Assembly: GCA_964519305.1 (NCBI GenBank)
Contig: CAZFHY010000004.1
Span: 64,001 to 128,000, forward strand
DNA length: 64,000 nt
Direction of reading: 5' to 3'
From: Candidatus Undinarchaeota archaeon
GTDB taxonomy: Archaea; SpSt-1190; JASMDC01
Position numbers and translations under genes: made by a program. How positions within the stretch are numbered: the stretch's first letter is position 1; every line of letters starts with the position of its first letter. Shown here piece by piece: positions 38,276 to 48,271 of the stretch. The notes under the pieces are model-generated. The model saw only the letters and a list, made by a program, of their open reading frames with translations, searched no databases and was not told the origin of the DNA.

Positions 38276-39595
38276 ATGGCACTGAGGACAAAGTGGACCT
38301 GTGAGCTGACCGATGACCTCGACGGCAAGACCGTGAACGTAGCTGGCTGGGTGCATAGTAAGAGAAATCTGGGCGGGATCAGGTTCCTTCTCCTGAGGGA
38401 CAAGACCGGAATCGTCCAGGTGACCGCTGTCAAGAAAAAGCTCGATCCTGAGCTCTTCGCCAAGATAGCATCGCTCTCCAAGGAATCGGTCGTATCCGTT
38501 TCGGGGCTTATCCAGATGAACAAGCAGGCCCCCAACGGCGTAGAGGTCATCCCTGAGGCGCTTACGGTGCTCAATCCCGCCGACACCCCCCTCCCCCTTG
38601 ACGTGACAGGAAAAGTGCACGCCGAGCTCGACACACGCCTGGACAACCGAATCGTTGACCTCCGTCGGCAGAACGTAACGCGTGTGTTCATTATCAAGGA
38701 CGCCATGCTCGCGGAGTTCCGCCGGAAGTGCGAGGATGAGGGTTTCGTGGAAGTTCACACCCCCAAGATCGTGGCTGCCGGTGCTGAGGGCGGCTCCACC
38801 CTTTTCCCGATCGCCTATTTCGACCGGGAGGCCTACCTTGCCCAGTCACCACAGCTCTACAAGCAGATGCTCATGGGATCAGGGCTCGACCGGATCCTGG
38901 AGATCGCCCCTGCCTGGCGGGCTGAGAAGTCGGACACCATCCGACACCTGTCCGAGTTCATCTCGATCGACATGGAGATGGCATTCATCGAGAGCGAGGA
39001 GGATGTCATGGGAATGCTGGAGCGGGTGCTCGCCCAGTCGCTCGAATACGTCAGGACCAGCTGCTCCCCCCAGCTCGAGGAGATGGGCGTGGAGCTACCA
39101 AAGGTAAGCACACCCTTCCCCCGAGTGACGTACTCCGAAGCAGTCGAGCTCATCAACGCCTCCGGCGAGTCAGAGGTCGAATGGGGCGAGGACCTCTCGA
39201 CCGAGGCCGAGAAGGTCCTCGGTAAGATCATGGCCGAGAAGGGCCACGACCTCTACTTCATCACCGAATACCCATCGCGCATCAAACCATTCTATATCAT
39301 GGTCAATGACGAGCGTCCCGAAGTGTGTCGCGCCTTCGACCTTGAGTTCCGCGGTATGGAGATCACATCGGGCGGCCAGCGCGAGCACCGGTACGACATT
39401 CTCCTCAACCGGATGAAGGAACAGGGTCTGGACACGAGCGACTTCACATTCTACCTGGACGCCTTCCGGTACGGAATGCCGCCCCACGGCGGTCTGGGAC
39501 TGGGAATCGAGCGCGTGGTCCAGATCCTCCTGGACGTCAAGAACATCCGGGAGACCGTGCTCTTCCCCCGTGACCGCTCCCGGCTCGTACCATAA
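38276..39595 (+). CDS. aspS: aspartyl-tRNA synthetase, archaeal type, probably non-discriminating (Asp/Asn)
   Basis: AGWVH..R, LDTRLDNR, LAQSPQLYKQ, RAEKS..RH, GGQREH and YGMPPHGG. The anticodon-loop sequence APNG has the Pro typical of non-discriminating AspRS. Confidence 0.96.
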   Translation: MALRTKWTCELTDDLDGKTVNVAGWVHSKRNLGGIRFLLLRDKTGIVQVTAVKKKLDPELFAKIASLSKESVVSVSGLIQMNKQAPNGVEVIPEALTVLNPADTPLPLDVTGKVHAELDTRLDNRIVDLRRQNVTRVFIIKDAMLAEFRRKCEDEGFVEVHTPKIVAAGAEGGSTLFPIAYFDREAYLAQSPQLYKQMLMGSGLDRILEIAPAWRAEKSDTIRHLSEFISIDMEMAFIESEEDVMGMLERVLAQSLEYVRTSCSPQLEEMGVELPKVSTPFPRVTYSEAVELINASGESEVEWGEDLSTEAEKVLGKIMAEKGHDLYFITEYPSRIKPFYIMVNDERPEVCRAFDLEFRGMEITSGGQREHRYDILLNRMKEQGLDTSDFTFYLDAFRYGMPPHGGLGLGIERVVQILLDVKNIRETVLFPRDRSRLVP

Positions 39596-39607
39596 GGTGG
39601 TATATTC

Positions 39608-39781
39608 GTGGTCGCCGTCGTGAACAAGGAGATTTGCCTGCACTGCGGCGGTTGCGTGGTGACCTGCCCGGTAGACGCCAATACCTTCCGCGATCCGGAT
39701 ATCATCATCGACAGCAAGAAGTGCGTCTCCTGCGGAGCCTGTGTAAGCGTATGCCCCGTGGGTGCTATCTCACTGAGGTGA
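39608..39781 (+). CDS. 57-aa 2x[4Fe-4S] ferredoxin (not in the ORF track)
   Basis: CLHCGGCVVTCP and CVSCGACVSVCP; AGGTGG SD-like element upstream; directly precedes the GGR genes. Confidence 0.9.
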   Translation: MVAVVNKEICLHCGGCVVTCPVDANTFRDPDIIIDSKKCVSCGACVSVCPVGAISLR

Positions 39782-39788
39782 GGGGAGC

Positions 39789-40955
39789 ATGCACGACGTC
39801 ATCGTCATCGGAGTGGGCCCCGCGGGTGCCAGCGCGGCGCGATTCGCCGCCCGCCAAGGTCTTGATGTGCTGGCCGTGGACCAGCGCCAAGAGATAGGGG
39901 CACCAAAAAGGTGCGCTGAGGGCGTCGTTCTCAAAGTCCTGGAGCGGGACCAAGTGCCCATCGATGAACGATGGGTGGCACAGCGGATCCGTGGGCTGAC
40001 CTTCGTCGCCCCCAATGGCCGCCGCGTATCTGCCCGGGAGGAACACGATGTCGGCATGATCGTGGAGCGGAAGTTGTTCGACAAACATCTGGCCATGCTC
40101 GCCGTTCGCGACGGTGCTCGCATACAAGCTCGGACCCGTGCGGAGGCCGTGGTGCGTGACGGCGACACCATTCGCGTCACGCTGTCCTCCGGTGGTCGCA
40201 CTTGGGAGGAAGAGTCGGCTATCGTCATCTGCGGCGGCGGTGTCGATGGGACCATGGCCAACATCCTGGGATTGGCCGACCCTATCCCGCCCAAGGACCT
40301 GGGCTGCGGAGCCCAGTACGAGATGGCAGGGATCGATATCGATGATCCCACCATGTGCTCCTGTTGGGTTGGTCGGAAGGTGTCCAGCGGCGGTTATGCA
40401 TGGGTGTTCCCCAAAGGCGAGGACGTGGCCAACGTGGGTGTCACGGTCCTTGGCTCGGAGAAGGAGAACGCCCTCACACAGCTCGACCGGTTCATCGCCA
40501 GCCAACCCGGACTGGCACAGGGTAGTATCCTAGAGGTGAACGCGGGCACCATCCCGGTCGGCGAGTCGCTCAAGCACCTCGTAGCCGATGGGTTCATGGT
40601 CGTCGGCGATGCGGCCCGCCAGGTGAACCCCATTCATGCCGGGGGGATCAGCGAGGCAATGGAAGCGGGCATGTATGCTGGTGAGACTGCCGCAAAGGCG
40701 ATCGAACGCGGGGACACATCAAAAAAGGTCCTTAAAGAGTACGAGGACCGCTGGAACAACAACTATGGCACGTTCCAGGACAGCCTCGTGCGCGCCAGAC
40801 GGGCCATCCACTCCCTCTCTGACGAGGACCTCGACTACCTCATCACCCGGATAACTCCCAAGGACATAGTGGACTTCCTGATCGGTAAGGGTTTCACCCG
40901 GGCCATCAAGCTCTTCGCACGACGTCCTTCATTGCTCAAGGTGTTCTTGTACTAA
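39789..40955 (+). CDS. digeranylgeranylglycerophospholipid reductase (GGR family), copy 1
   Basis: GVGPAG, EIGAPKRCAEG, GGYAWVFPK and VGDAARQVNP..AGGI. Confidence 0.9.
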   Translation: MHDVIVIGVGPAGASAARFAARQGLDVLAVDQRQEIGAPKRCAEGVVLKVLERDQVPIDERWVAQRIRGLTFVAPNGRRVSAREEHDVGMIVERKLFDKHLAMLAVRDGARIQARTRAEAVVRDGDTIRVTLSSGGRTWEEESAIVICGGGVDGTMANILGLADPIPPKDLGCGAQYEMAGIDIDDPTMCSCWVGRKVSSGGYAWVFPKGEDVANVGVTVLGSEKENALTQLDRFIASQPGLAQGSILEVNAGTIPVGESLKHLVADGFMVVGDAARQVNPIHAGGISEAMEAGMYAGETAAKAIERGDTSKKVLKEYEDRWNNNYGTFQDSLVRARRAIHSLSDEDLDYLITRITPKDIVDFLIGKGFTRAIKLFARRPSLLKVFLY

Positions 40956-40976
40956 TCGCTCTCAGGGTGCTATGCC

Positions 40977-42143
40977 ATGTACGACGTCATCGTGATCGGG
41001 GCAGGGCCTGGAGGCTCGAGCGCGGCCAGGTTCGCCGCCCGCGCCGGTCTTGACGTTCTCGCCGTCGATAAGCGTCAGGAGATAGGGAGCCCGAAACGAT
41101 GCGGGGAGTTCTTCGCATTCGAGGTGTTCGAGCGCGACATGGTCCCGCCCATCGACCGCGTCATCGCCCAGCACATCCACGGCATGCGCCTCGTGGCGCC
41201 AAGCGGTAAGGACCTGTCAGCACGATGGGACGATCCCCTGGCGGTCGTCCTAGAGCGCAAGCAGTTCGACAAGTACCTGGCAACGCTCGCGGTGCGGGAT
41301 GGAGCCCGCGTGCAGGCACGGACTACTGCTGAGTCGGTGGAACGTGACGGCGACCTCCTGCGCGTCACGCTCTCGTCCCGGACGGAGCAGTGGGTGGAAG
41401 AAGCGCGTATCCTTATCTGTGCCGATGGCGTCGATGCACCCATCGCCCGGGCCCTCGGTCTTGCCGAGCCGCTCGCTCACGAAGCGGTGGGCAGCGGCGC
41501 CCAGTTCGAGATGGTCGGCATCGAGATGGACGATCCCACCATCGTCACTTGCTGGGTCGGTCGCGAGGTCGCTGGTACGGGGTACGCATGGCTCTTTCCC
41601 AAGGGGGAGGACCGGGCCAACGTGGGGGTCGGGATTCCGGGCTCGGACCCTGGAACGGCCATCACCCTGCTCGAAAGTCTCGTCGCCTCGAAGTCGGAAC
41701 TATCCCAAGGGAGCATCCTCGAGGTGAACGCAGGGACCGTGCCGGTATGCAATATGCCCTCGCGGTTAGTGTGCGATGGCGTCATGGTGGTCGGTGACGC
41801 CGCACGTCAAGCGAACCCTATCCATGCGGGAGGGATATGCGAGGCAATGGAGGCGGGACGGTTCGCGGGCGAGACCGCCGCCAACGCGATCAATTCCGGG
41901 GACATCTCAGCGAAGTTCCTCAAGGAGTACGAGGATAGATGGAGCAAAGGGTACGGTTCGTTCCACCATCACCTTGTGAGGGCCCGTCGTGCCATGGCGG
42001 CCCTCTCTGACGACGATATCAACTACATTGTGGATAGGTTATCCCCCGAGGAGATCGTGGAGTTCGTCAGCGGGAGGGGTATTACCAGAGCCGCGCTCCT
42101 CTTCGCCGGACGTCCCTCGTTATTGAGGATCTTCCTCCAGTAA
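40977..42143 (+). CDS. digeranylgeranylglycerophospholipid reductase (GGR family), copy 2
   Basis: GAGPGG, EIGSPKRCGE, GYAWLFPK and VGDAARQANP; tandem paralog of copy 1. Confidence 0.9.
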   Translation: MYDVIVIGAGPGGSSAARFAARAGLDVLAVDKRQEIGSPKRCGEFFAFEVFERDMVPPIDRVIAQHIHGMRLVAPSGKDLSARWDDPLAVVLERKQFDKYLATLAVRDGARVQARTTAESVERDGDLLRVTLSSRTEQWVEEARILICADGVDAPIARALGLAEPLAHEAVGSGAQFEMVGIEMDDPTIVTCWVGREVAGTGYAWLFPKGEDRANVGVGIPGSDPGTAITLLESLVASKSELSQGSILEVNAGTVPVCNMPSRLVCDGVMVVGDAARQANPIHAGGICEAMEAGRFAGETAANAINSGDISAKFLKEYEDRWSKGYGSFHHHLVRARRAMAALSDDDINYIVDRLSPEEIVEFVSGRGITRAALLFAGRPSLLRIFLQ

Positions 42144-42204
42144 CAGCGATAGTTTGTCGCTCTTTACGAAAACTATTAATTATTGATTAGATATTCCTCC
42201 CTCC

Positions 42205-42654
42205 ATGTCGGCCCCTCTCAAGGAGATCACACTACGTAAGTACGAGCGCCCCCGAGCTGCCCAAGAGAGGGAGCTCTTCCGCCGCATCTGCCTCTCGCTC
42301 GGCGTGCTCCAGCCCAACGATCGGCGTGACACCGTTGTTGACGTGCTCCATGCCCTGTTCCGCACCTATGCCAGAGGGGAACAGCCCAATTTAGAGGAGC
42401 TCATGGACGAGTTGAAGGCCATGGACGTTACTGAAGGCCTGGCTGCCTCGAACCTGCGTCGCCACCTAAGGCGGTTAGCGGCCCTTCATCTGGTCGAGCG
42501 GTCGAAGAACCGGTACCGTTTCACTGAGGGCGTTAGCCCCGTGGAGGCGTTCTCGTTCACCAGACGCTACCTCATCGACGACGTCACGGAACGGATCGAG
42601 GAATACCTTCGAGCTGGCGAAGAGGCCGTCGGCATCGAGAGAGATGGACCCTAA
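42205..42654 (+). CDS. winged-helix DNA-binding protein
   Basis: EITLRKYERP, CLSLGVLQP.D.RD and ASNLRRHLRRL..LHLVE (wHTH). Confidence 0.78.
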   Translation: MSAPLKEITLRKYERPRAAQERELFRRICLSLGVLQPNDRRDTVVDVLHALFRTYARGEQPNLEELMDELKAMDVTEGLAASNLRRHLRRLAALHLVERSKNRYRFTEGVSPVEAFSFTRRYLIDDVTERIEEYLRAGEEAVGIERDGP

Positions 42655-42713
42655 GGACCACCCACACAGTGCGATATGGATGTAATCCGTGCTGATAGCG
42701 TGGGACAAGAGTA

Positions 42714-45260
42714 CTAGAACCGGGCCAGGTACTCTTCCTTCTTACGATCGTAGTCCTCCGGCATGATGAGGCCGTTGTCCAAGAGCTCCTTGAGGGTCTT
42801 GAGCTTCTCCATCAGTTCTTTGCGGTCGATGGTCTCGTACCGGACCGCCTGTGAGACTGCCTGACGCGAGTAGGGGCTGCCCGAATCCTGTAGGGTAGCG
42901 GGCACAGCGGCCTGAGCAGGACCGGTTGTCGGAGCTACTTCCGCGGCGGTCGTGGCCGCGGTCCCTTCTATGAGATGGGTAATGGAAGGCCGGACGCTCG
43001 TGGTGTACGTGCGGTAGACGGAGAGCTTCAGTGAATCGAATCCTGCTGGATTCTCCTGGTCGGCCACGGTGATGCCCATAACGCTGCCATCCACGGCGCG
43101 AGCGATAGGGGCCCGCTTGAGGTATGTCAACAAGAGCGTGAGCAGGAGGCATCCTGCCACCAGAAGGGTCGTGGTGTCGCCCAGGGCAGAAGTCACACCT
43201 GTCGCTTGTGTTGGCTGAGTGGGTGCTGCGGGTACGGGCGTCGGGGTCGTGGCAGATGTAGCTACAGCAGCTGCCTCCGGGACAGGTGTCCCGGTAGGCG
43301 GATTCGCCACGCTCGCATCCACAGTGGGCTCGGGCGTGGCCTCGGTCGCGGCCGCTTCTGGCTCCGGGGTGGTCTCCTGGACGACGGCTTGGAGAGTAGG
43401 CTCGGGAGTGACCTGTGCCGGATCGGCGGATAGCAGGTACTGGTACCCCACGCCATTGCTCTGTGCATCCATGACCAGGTCCCACTCTCCGGCCTCCAGC
43501 ACGTTGAAAGTGGCCTCAAAGCGGTCGTCGCCGACTGGTTGCCAGTCGAGGTTGATAATGGCGGCGTCCGGCCCCTTCATTCGGGAGATACTGGAGTTAG
43601 CTGTGGTGATCCCCAGACCGGGCGGGAACGTCCAGGCCAGCTGATAGGTCCACCCCGGCTCCAGAGCAGCGGTGTAGCACAGGACACCCTCACGTGTCGA
43701 ACCCCCGCTGTCGCCAGTGATGAACACCTCAGCACCGGGCGTCAGGGCGGTCCCGTTGGCAGGGTAGACCTTGATGACGTCGTAGAGGGCCTTGCATTCA
43801 CCGGCAGCACAGCATACCTCGCCATCGACGCACTGGTCGTCGGTCGTGCAACAGACCTTGTCGGCAGCACAGCATACCTCGTTGGTGCAATGGCTCGTGT
43901 CGCACTCAGCGTCCTGAGTGCATGAATCGCCTTCGGTACGGACCCGACACGAATGCGTATCGAGGTCGCAGATACCCTGCGAGCAGTCCCCATCGGATCC
44001 ACAGCACGTCTCGTCGGCAGCACAGCACACACTGTTACCGCAGTTACTAGAGGTGCAGTCGCTGGCCGCATCACAGACCGATCCATCAGAACCATCGGTG
44101 CATGCGCCCCCCGCACAGATACCCGAACCGCACTGGTTGTCGCGCTCGCATGTCTCGCCCAGGTCCAGCCGGGCGGCGAAGAGGCGAACCTTTGTACCCA
44201 GACGCACCGCGACCATGCGGTCGCCGTTAGAATGCACGACCTTCACCTGGGTCGCACCCGTGCCTCCACCTGAGATGTACAGGGGTGACGATGAGAGCTT
44301 GCCGCTGTCGATAATGCTCTCGACGAGCGAGCTGTCGGAGGCGTTGCCCGACACCAGGGATGGATGGGATTCATTGAGCACCCCGACATCGAACGCGCCC
44401 GAGGCGGGCGTTTCGACACTCCTCCGCTCGCACGAGGAGCTGTCGCAGCTGTAGACGTAAAGGTTTGTTTCGCTCCTTGTCACAAGCTCGCTCTTCCCAT
44501 CGCCGTCAAGGTCGCCGACGGCCGTGTAGGTTCCGAGGAAGTCGCCGTCCTGGATGTCCTCGGGATCGACGGAGCTCCCGTCATTGGTCTTGTCGCACCG
44601 GTTGCTCTCGCAGGCGAGCACGTTGCGGGCAGCTAGTACCTCGTTCTTCCCGTCATTGTCCACGTCCACGATATCGATGTCGTCGACGGTACCCTTCATC
44701 TCGTAGAACCATTGGTCCATGCACCCGTCGGCGTCGCAAGTGTAACTGATGAGCAGGCCCCAGCTCTTCGTGCCATCGGTGCAAGTTCCCGGGACGCGAC
44801 CGGCACCGCATTCCTTGACGGGATTGGTACCCACCATGAGGATATTGGTGCCATCGTTGTTCACATCGCCAGCAGCGAACCCGACCGCACGGCCACTGTA
44901 AAGGGTCTCGCCCTGGCCTGCCTCGACGCACCGGGAGTTGTCGCACCGGTACACAGAGAAGCCACCCGTCTTCCCCAGATAGATCTCATTGTTCCCGTCG
45001 TTGTCACCATCACCCACTGCCAAGGACCAAACGTCCGAAGCGGTGGCTCCACATGAATAATCGCGCTTACATCCTGCTGCGGAACAGCTGTAAATATCGC
45101 ACGGGAGCACGATGATCTCGTCCTTCCCGTCATTATCGGCGTCACCAACGGTGAACAGGTCACCATCTACGCTCCAGACCTCAGCATAGGTCGCCGCTAC
45201 CGCGGGGGTGGACAGCAGGAGCGTTAAGAGCAGGACAAGCATAGGGATACTACGGGCCAT
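42714..45260 (-). CDS. secreted FG-GAP/VCBS-repeat, Cys-rich surface protein with TM anchor and SHOCT-like tail
   Basis: Signal peptide; repeated GD(A/G/V/L)DNDG..E motifs; Cys-rich modules; Pro/Thr linker; TM helix; C-terminal LKTLKELLDNGLI..EDYDRKKEEYL. Confidence 0.82.
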   Translation of the reverse strand: MARSIPMLVLLLTLLLSTPAVAATYAEVWSVDGDLFTVGDADNDGKDEIIVLPCDIYSCSAAGCKRDYSCGATASDVWSLAVGDGDNDGNNEIYLGKTGGFSVYRCDNSRCVEAGQGETLYSGRAVGFAAGDVNNDGTNILMVGTNPVKECGAGRVPGTCTDGTKSWGLLISYTCDADGCMDQWFYEMKGTVDDIDIVDVDNDGKNEVLAARNVLACESNRCDKTNDGSSVDPEDIQDGDFLGTYTAVGDLDGDGKSELVTRSETNLYVYSCDSSSCERRSVETPASGAFDVGVLNESHPSLVSGNASDSSLVESIIDSGKLSSSPLYISGGGTGATQVKVVHSNGDRMVAVRLGTKVRLFAARLDLGETCERDNQCGSGICAGGACTDGSDGSVCDAASDCTSSNCGNSVCCAADETCCGSDGDCSQGICDLDTHSCRVRTEGDSCTQDAECDTSHCTNEVCCAADKVCCTTDDQCVDGEVCCAAGECKALYDVIKVYPANGTALTPGAEVFITGDSGGSTREGVLCYTAALEPGWTYQLAWTFPPGLGITTANSSISRMKGPDAAIINLDWQPVGDDRFEATFNVLEAGEWDLVMDAQSNGVGYQYLLSADPAQVTPEPTLQAVVQETTPEPEAAATEATPEPTVDASVANPPTGTPVPEAAAVATSATTPTPVPAAPTQPTQATGVTSALGDTTTLLVAGCLLLTLLLTYLKRAPIARAVDGSVMGITVADQENPAGFDSLKLSVYRTYTTSVRPSITHLIEGTAATTAAEVAPTTGPAQAAVPATLQDSGSPYSRQAVSQAVRYETIDRKELMEKLKTLKELLDNGLIMPEDYDRKKEEYLARF

Positions 45261-45342
45261 TGTACTCACCGGGGGGGTACCCTTTGAAAATGGGCAACCA
45301 AAGTATATAAAAACATGGATAGGGCTGCGGAGAGCTGCGACC

Positions 45343-46254
45343 ATGCTCCCCCTTCAGACCTACGTCACGTTCCTCGGGCTAGTGGCCGCAGGCCATCTTC
45401 TACGAAGGAAAGGGATTCTCTCGGAAGAACTGGTCCGGCGGGCGCTTCTGGTACTGTTCTTCGTGTTCATCCCTGCGTCGGTGCTCACCGGTGCCGCCGG
45501 GCTCGAGCTGGACGTTGCCTTCTCACTATGGCGACTCGGGCTGGTTGCTGTGGGCCAGTACATAGTGTTCTTAGGACTTACTCTGGCCACCGCTCGTGCG
45601 TTCGGGCTCTCGGGCGCGTCCCGGGATACGCTCGTTTTCCTCGTGGCGCACCACAACGGCATATTCGTCCCGCTCCCCTTCATCCGTTCAGCTGCCGGGG
45701 AGGCTGGGGCGCTGGCCGCGGTGTTCTACTCACAGGCCTACTTCCTCACGTTCCTGGTCCTGACCCCGCTGTTCATGGACCGGGACGTGTTCGATCCCCG
45801 CGCTGTGTACGCACAGTTCTGGCCGCTCCTGGCCGCCATGGCACTTGCGGTCATCGTGGTGCTCGCACCGGGTTCCCCACCGGACCGCCTTGTACGCCTT
45901 GCTGTCCCAGTACTCTCCCGCATCGCTGCTGCCACCGGACCTCTGGCCCTGTTCGTCGTGGGTGCAAGCCTCCGCCCGGCCCCTGGTGGTATCGGGATGG
46001 ACCGTGTCACTGCATTAGCAGTCGGGCTGCGTCTGGTCGTCGGCGCGTTCCTGGGCGTGACTGTGTCCCGCCTGGTGGACCTCCCTCTCGCATGGCGCAC
46101 CTGTATAGCTGTGGAGTTCGCCAGCGCCAGCGCCACGGTGAACGTCATCCTCATCGAACGGCTCGGGCTGGAGGCCGAGGTAGGGGCCCGTGCGGTGTTC
46201 TTCACCACCATAATCTCGACCATCACCATCCCGATCGTGCTCGCCCTCGTCTAG
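45343..46254 (+). CDS. AEC (auxin efflux carrier/MdcF) family transporter
   Basis: About 10 TM segments, HNGIFVPLP, PLALFVVGASL and VFFTTIIS. Confidence 0.85.
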   Translation: MLPLQTYVTFLGLVAAGHLLRRKGILSEELVRRALLVLFFVFIPASVLTGAAGLELDVAFSLWRLGLVAVGQYIVFLGLTLATARAFGLSGASRDTLVFLVAHHNGIFVPLPFIRSAAGEAGALAAVFYSQAYFLTFLVLTPLFMDRDVFDPRAVYAQFWPLLAAMALAVIVVLAPGSPPDRLVRLAVPVLSRIAAATGPLALFVVGASLRPAPGGIGMDRVTALAVGLRLVVGAFLGVTVSRLVDLPLAWRTCIAVEFASASATVNVILIERLGLEAEVGARAVFFTTIISTITIPIVLALV

Positions 46255-46293
46255 GCGAGATATTCTTATAGGATGGCCGCCATCACGCCCACC

Positions 46294-47286
46294 ATGGACG
46301 ATCCCACGGCGGACATCGAGGAACTGCTCCGCCAGGGGAGGGACGCTTTCGAGGAAGGCCGCATCGGCGTTGCTATCGAACGGTTCAAAGATGTCCTGTC
46401 GAGGGATCCTGACGACCCAACAGCGCTCAACAACCTCGGATCATGTCTTGTGCGGGCAGGTCGTTTCGAGGATGCGGTCCGTACTTACTCCGAAGCGCTC
46501 GAGGTGGACGCTACACAACCGGAGACGCTCCTGAACCTCGCCACCGCTCTCGAACGCCTGGTGATCGAGGAGGGAAAGGACGACCATCGGGCCCTCTGGG
46601 TCCGGACCCTTGAGTCCCTGACCCTTGTAGCTCCGAAAAATCCTGATATCTGGATCGATCTGGGAGTGGCCCTCGGCGGTACGGGAGAACAGGCCGAGAA
46701 GTGCTTTCGACGTGTCCTATCTCTTGAGCTGGGACGGCCCGAGGGGGCCGAGCGTCTAGGCGAGGCACTCATCGCACGGGAGGCGTTCGATGAAGCGGAG
46801 GTCGTGTACCGCGAGCTGGTTGAACGCGATCCGAAGAGCGTACTGGGCTGGGCCGGCCTTGGAATAGTCGACTTCCGTCAGGGGAAGCCCGCCTCTGCAG
46901 AGGAGCATCTGCGTCGCGCATTGAAGCTAGATCCGGACAACGAGAAGGCAAATCGGGGCATGGCCTTGGTGCTCGAGGCCACCGAACGACCTGACCTCGC
47001 CATCCTCCATGAAGAACTGTGCGGTATGCTCGCTCCAGAGAGGGTTCCTGACGCTTGGGCAACAGCGGGCGTGCTCCTTGAAGGGAAGGGCGAGATAGCG
47101 CGGGCACGTCGCTGCTTCGCACGGGAGCGGCTCTATCGGGATATCATGCTCCACGAGGCTACAGCACGACTGCGACCGGACGACGCAGAGGTGGCAATGC
47201 GACTGGCCGAGCTCTATTCGTCATATGGTGACGATCGCCGCGCCGCCATGTGGAGAGAGCGTGCCGGGAAGCCCGCCGAAGCATAG
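46294..47286 (+). CDS. tetratricopeptide repeat protein
   Basis: Several TPR units (ALNNLG, ALEVD, ALKLDPDN). ATG 46294 lies 29 nt after CTTATA. Confidence 0.85.
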   Translation: MDDPTADIEELLRQGRDAFEEGRIGVAIERFKDVLSRDPDDPTALNNLGSCLVRAGRFEDAVRTYSEALEVDATQPETLLNLATALERLVIEEGKDDHRALWVRTLESLTLVAPKNPDIWIDLGVALGGTGEQAEKCFRRVLSLELGRPEGAERLGEALIAREAFDEAEVVYRELVERDPKSVLGWAGLGIVDFRQGKPASAEEHLRRALKLDPDNEKANRGMALVLEATERPDLAILHEELCGMLAPERVPDAWATAGVLLEGKGEIARARRCFARERLYRDIMLHEATARLRPDDAEVAMRLAELYSSYGDDRRAAMWRERAGKPAEA

Positions 47287-47319
47287 CATTTAAAAAACAT
47301 AGCCGCGTCCTCGTCCGCG

Positions 47320-48216
47320 GTGCCCATTATGATCCACGACCAAGAGCTTGTCAGTGAGATTCGCCGCCGGTTCGGCCTCAACCTCTACGAGACTAAGGTA
47401 TGGCTCGCCCTTCTTTCGAAAGGGAGCGCAACCGCCGGAGAACTTGCGGACATATCGAACGTACCGCGCTCGCGCACCTATGACGTTCTCGAGAGCCTCG
47501 AATCCAAGAAGTTCATCTCACAGAAGCCGGGCAAGCCCATCAAGTACGTGGTCGTGCCGCCAAAGGACATCATAACGGCCGTCAAGGACTACACTGAGAC
47601 CGAGCGCATGAAACAGCTCGAAGAGGTCGACCGCATCGAGAAGAGCAACGTTCTGGGCAAGCTCAAGGGCCTCTACTCCCAGGGATCCGAGTTCATCGCA
47701 CCTCCCGAGGAATCGGGCGCCGTACGCGGACAGACGAACATGCGCGACCATCTCGATCTGATGATCCGGGACGCCAAGGATTCCATCATCATCCTCACGA
47801 CCTCAGACGGGATCACCTATCTGGCCCAGGAGCACTTCGACGCTTTGAAGAAGGCGAGCAAGAACGGCACCGACATCAAGATGGCCGCCCACCTGAACGA
47901 GACGAACGTAGCGGACGCCAAGCTCCTCCTGAACGTCGGAAAGCTCCGTCACTCTGAGGACATCCACGCCCGAATTTACGTGATCGACAACGACGAGGTC
48001 ATGTTCATGGTGGTGCCCGAGAACGCCGTGCACCCCTCCTACGACACGGGTATCTGGCTGCGGTCCTCCTTCTTCGCCCAGGCGCTAACCGATCTCTTCG
48101 AGCACGCTTATGAGTTCTGGGAGCACGGTGAGAAGGCCATCAAGAAGCTTGATGATAAGATGAAGGCCTCCGAGAAGGCCGCCAGCCGTAAGGACGCTGT
48201 GGTAAACCCTATCTAG
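47320..48216 (+). CDS. TrmB family transcriptional regulator
   Basis: GLNLYETKVWLALL and NVPRSRTYDVLESL; C-terminal effector domain. Confidence 0.92.
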   Translation: MPIMIHDQELVSEIRRRFGLNLYETKVWLALLSKGSATAGELADISNVPRSRTYDVLESLESKKFISQKPGKPIKYVVVPPKDIITAVKDYTETERMKQLEEVDRIEKSNVLGKLKGLYSQGSEFIAPPEESGAVRGQTNMRDHLDLMIRDAKDSIIILTTSDGITYLAQEHFDALKKASKNGTDIKMAAHLNETNVADAKLLLNVGKLRHSEDIHARIYVIDNDEVMFMVVPENAVHPSYDTGIWLRSSFFAQALTDLFEHAYEFWEHGEKAIKKLDDKMKASEKAASRKDAVVNPI

Positions 48217-48271
48217 GGACGCGCCCTCCACGAAAGACTTTAATGTTCTTCCCGCCAGCCCGGGCACTATC

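Noticed and set aside
42655-42713. Imperfect stem-loop (CCCAC...GTGGG) between convergent genes as a SECIS or sRNA
   Set aside because: It lacks the archaeal SECIS GAA/A motif and no in-frame UGA was found in nearby genes. At most it is a terminator.
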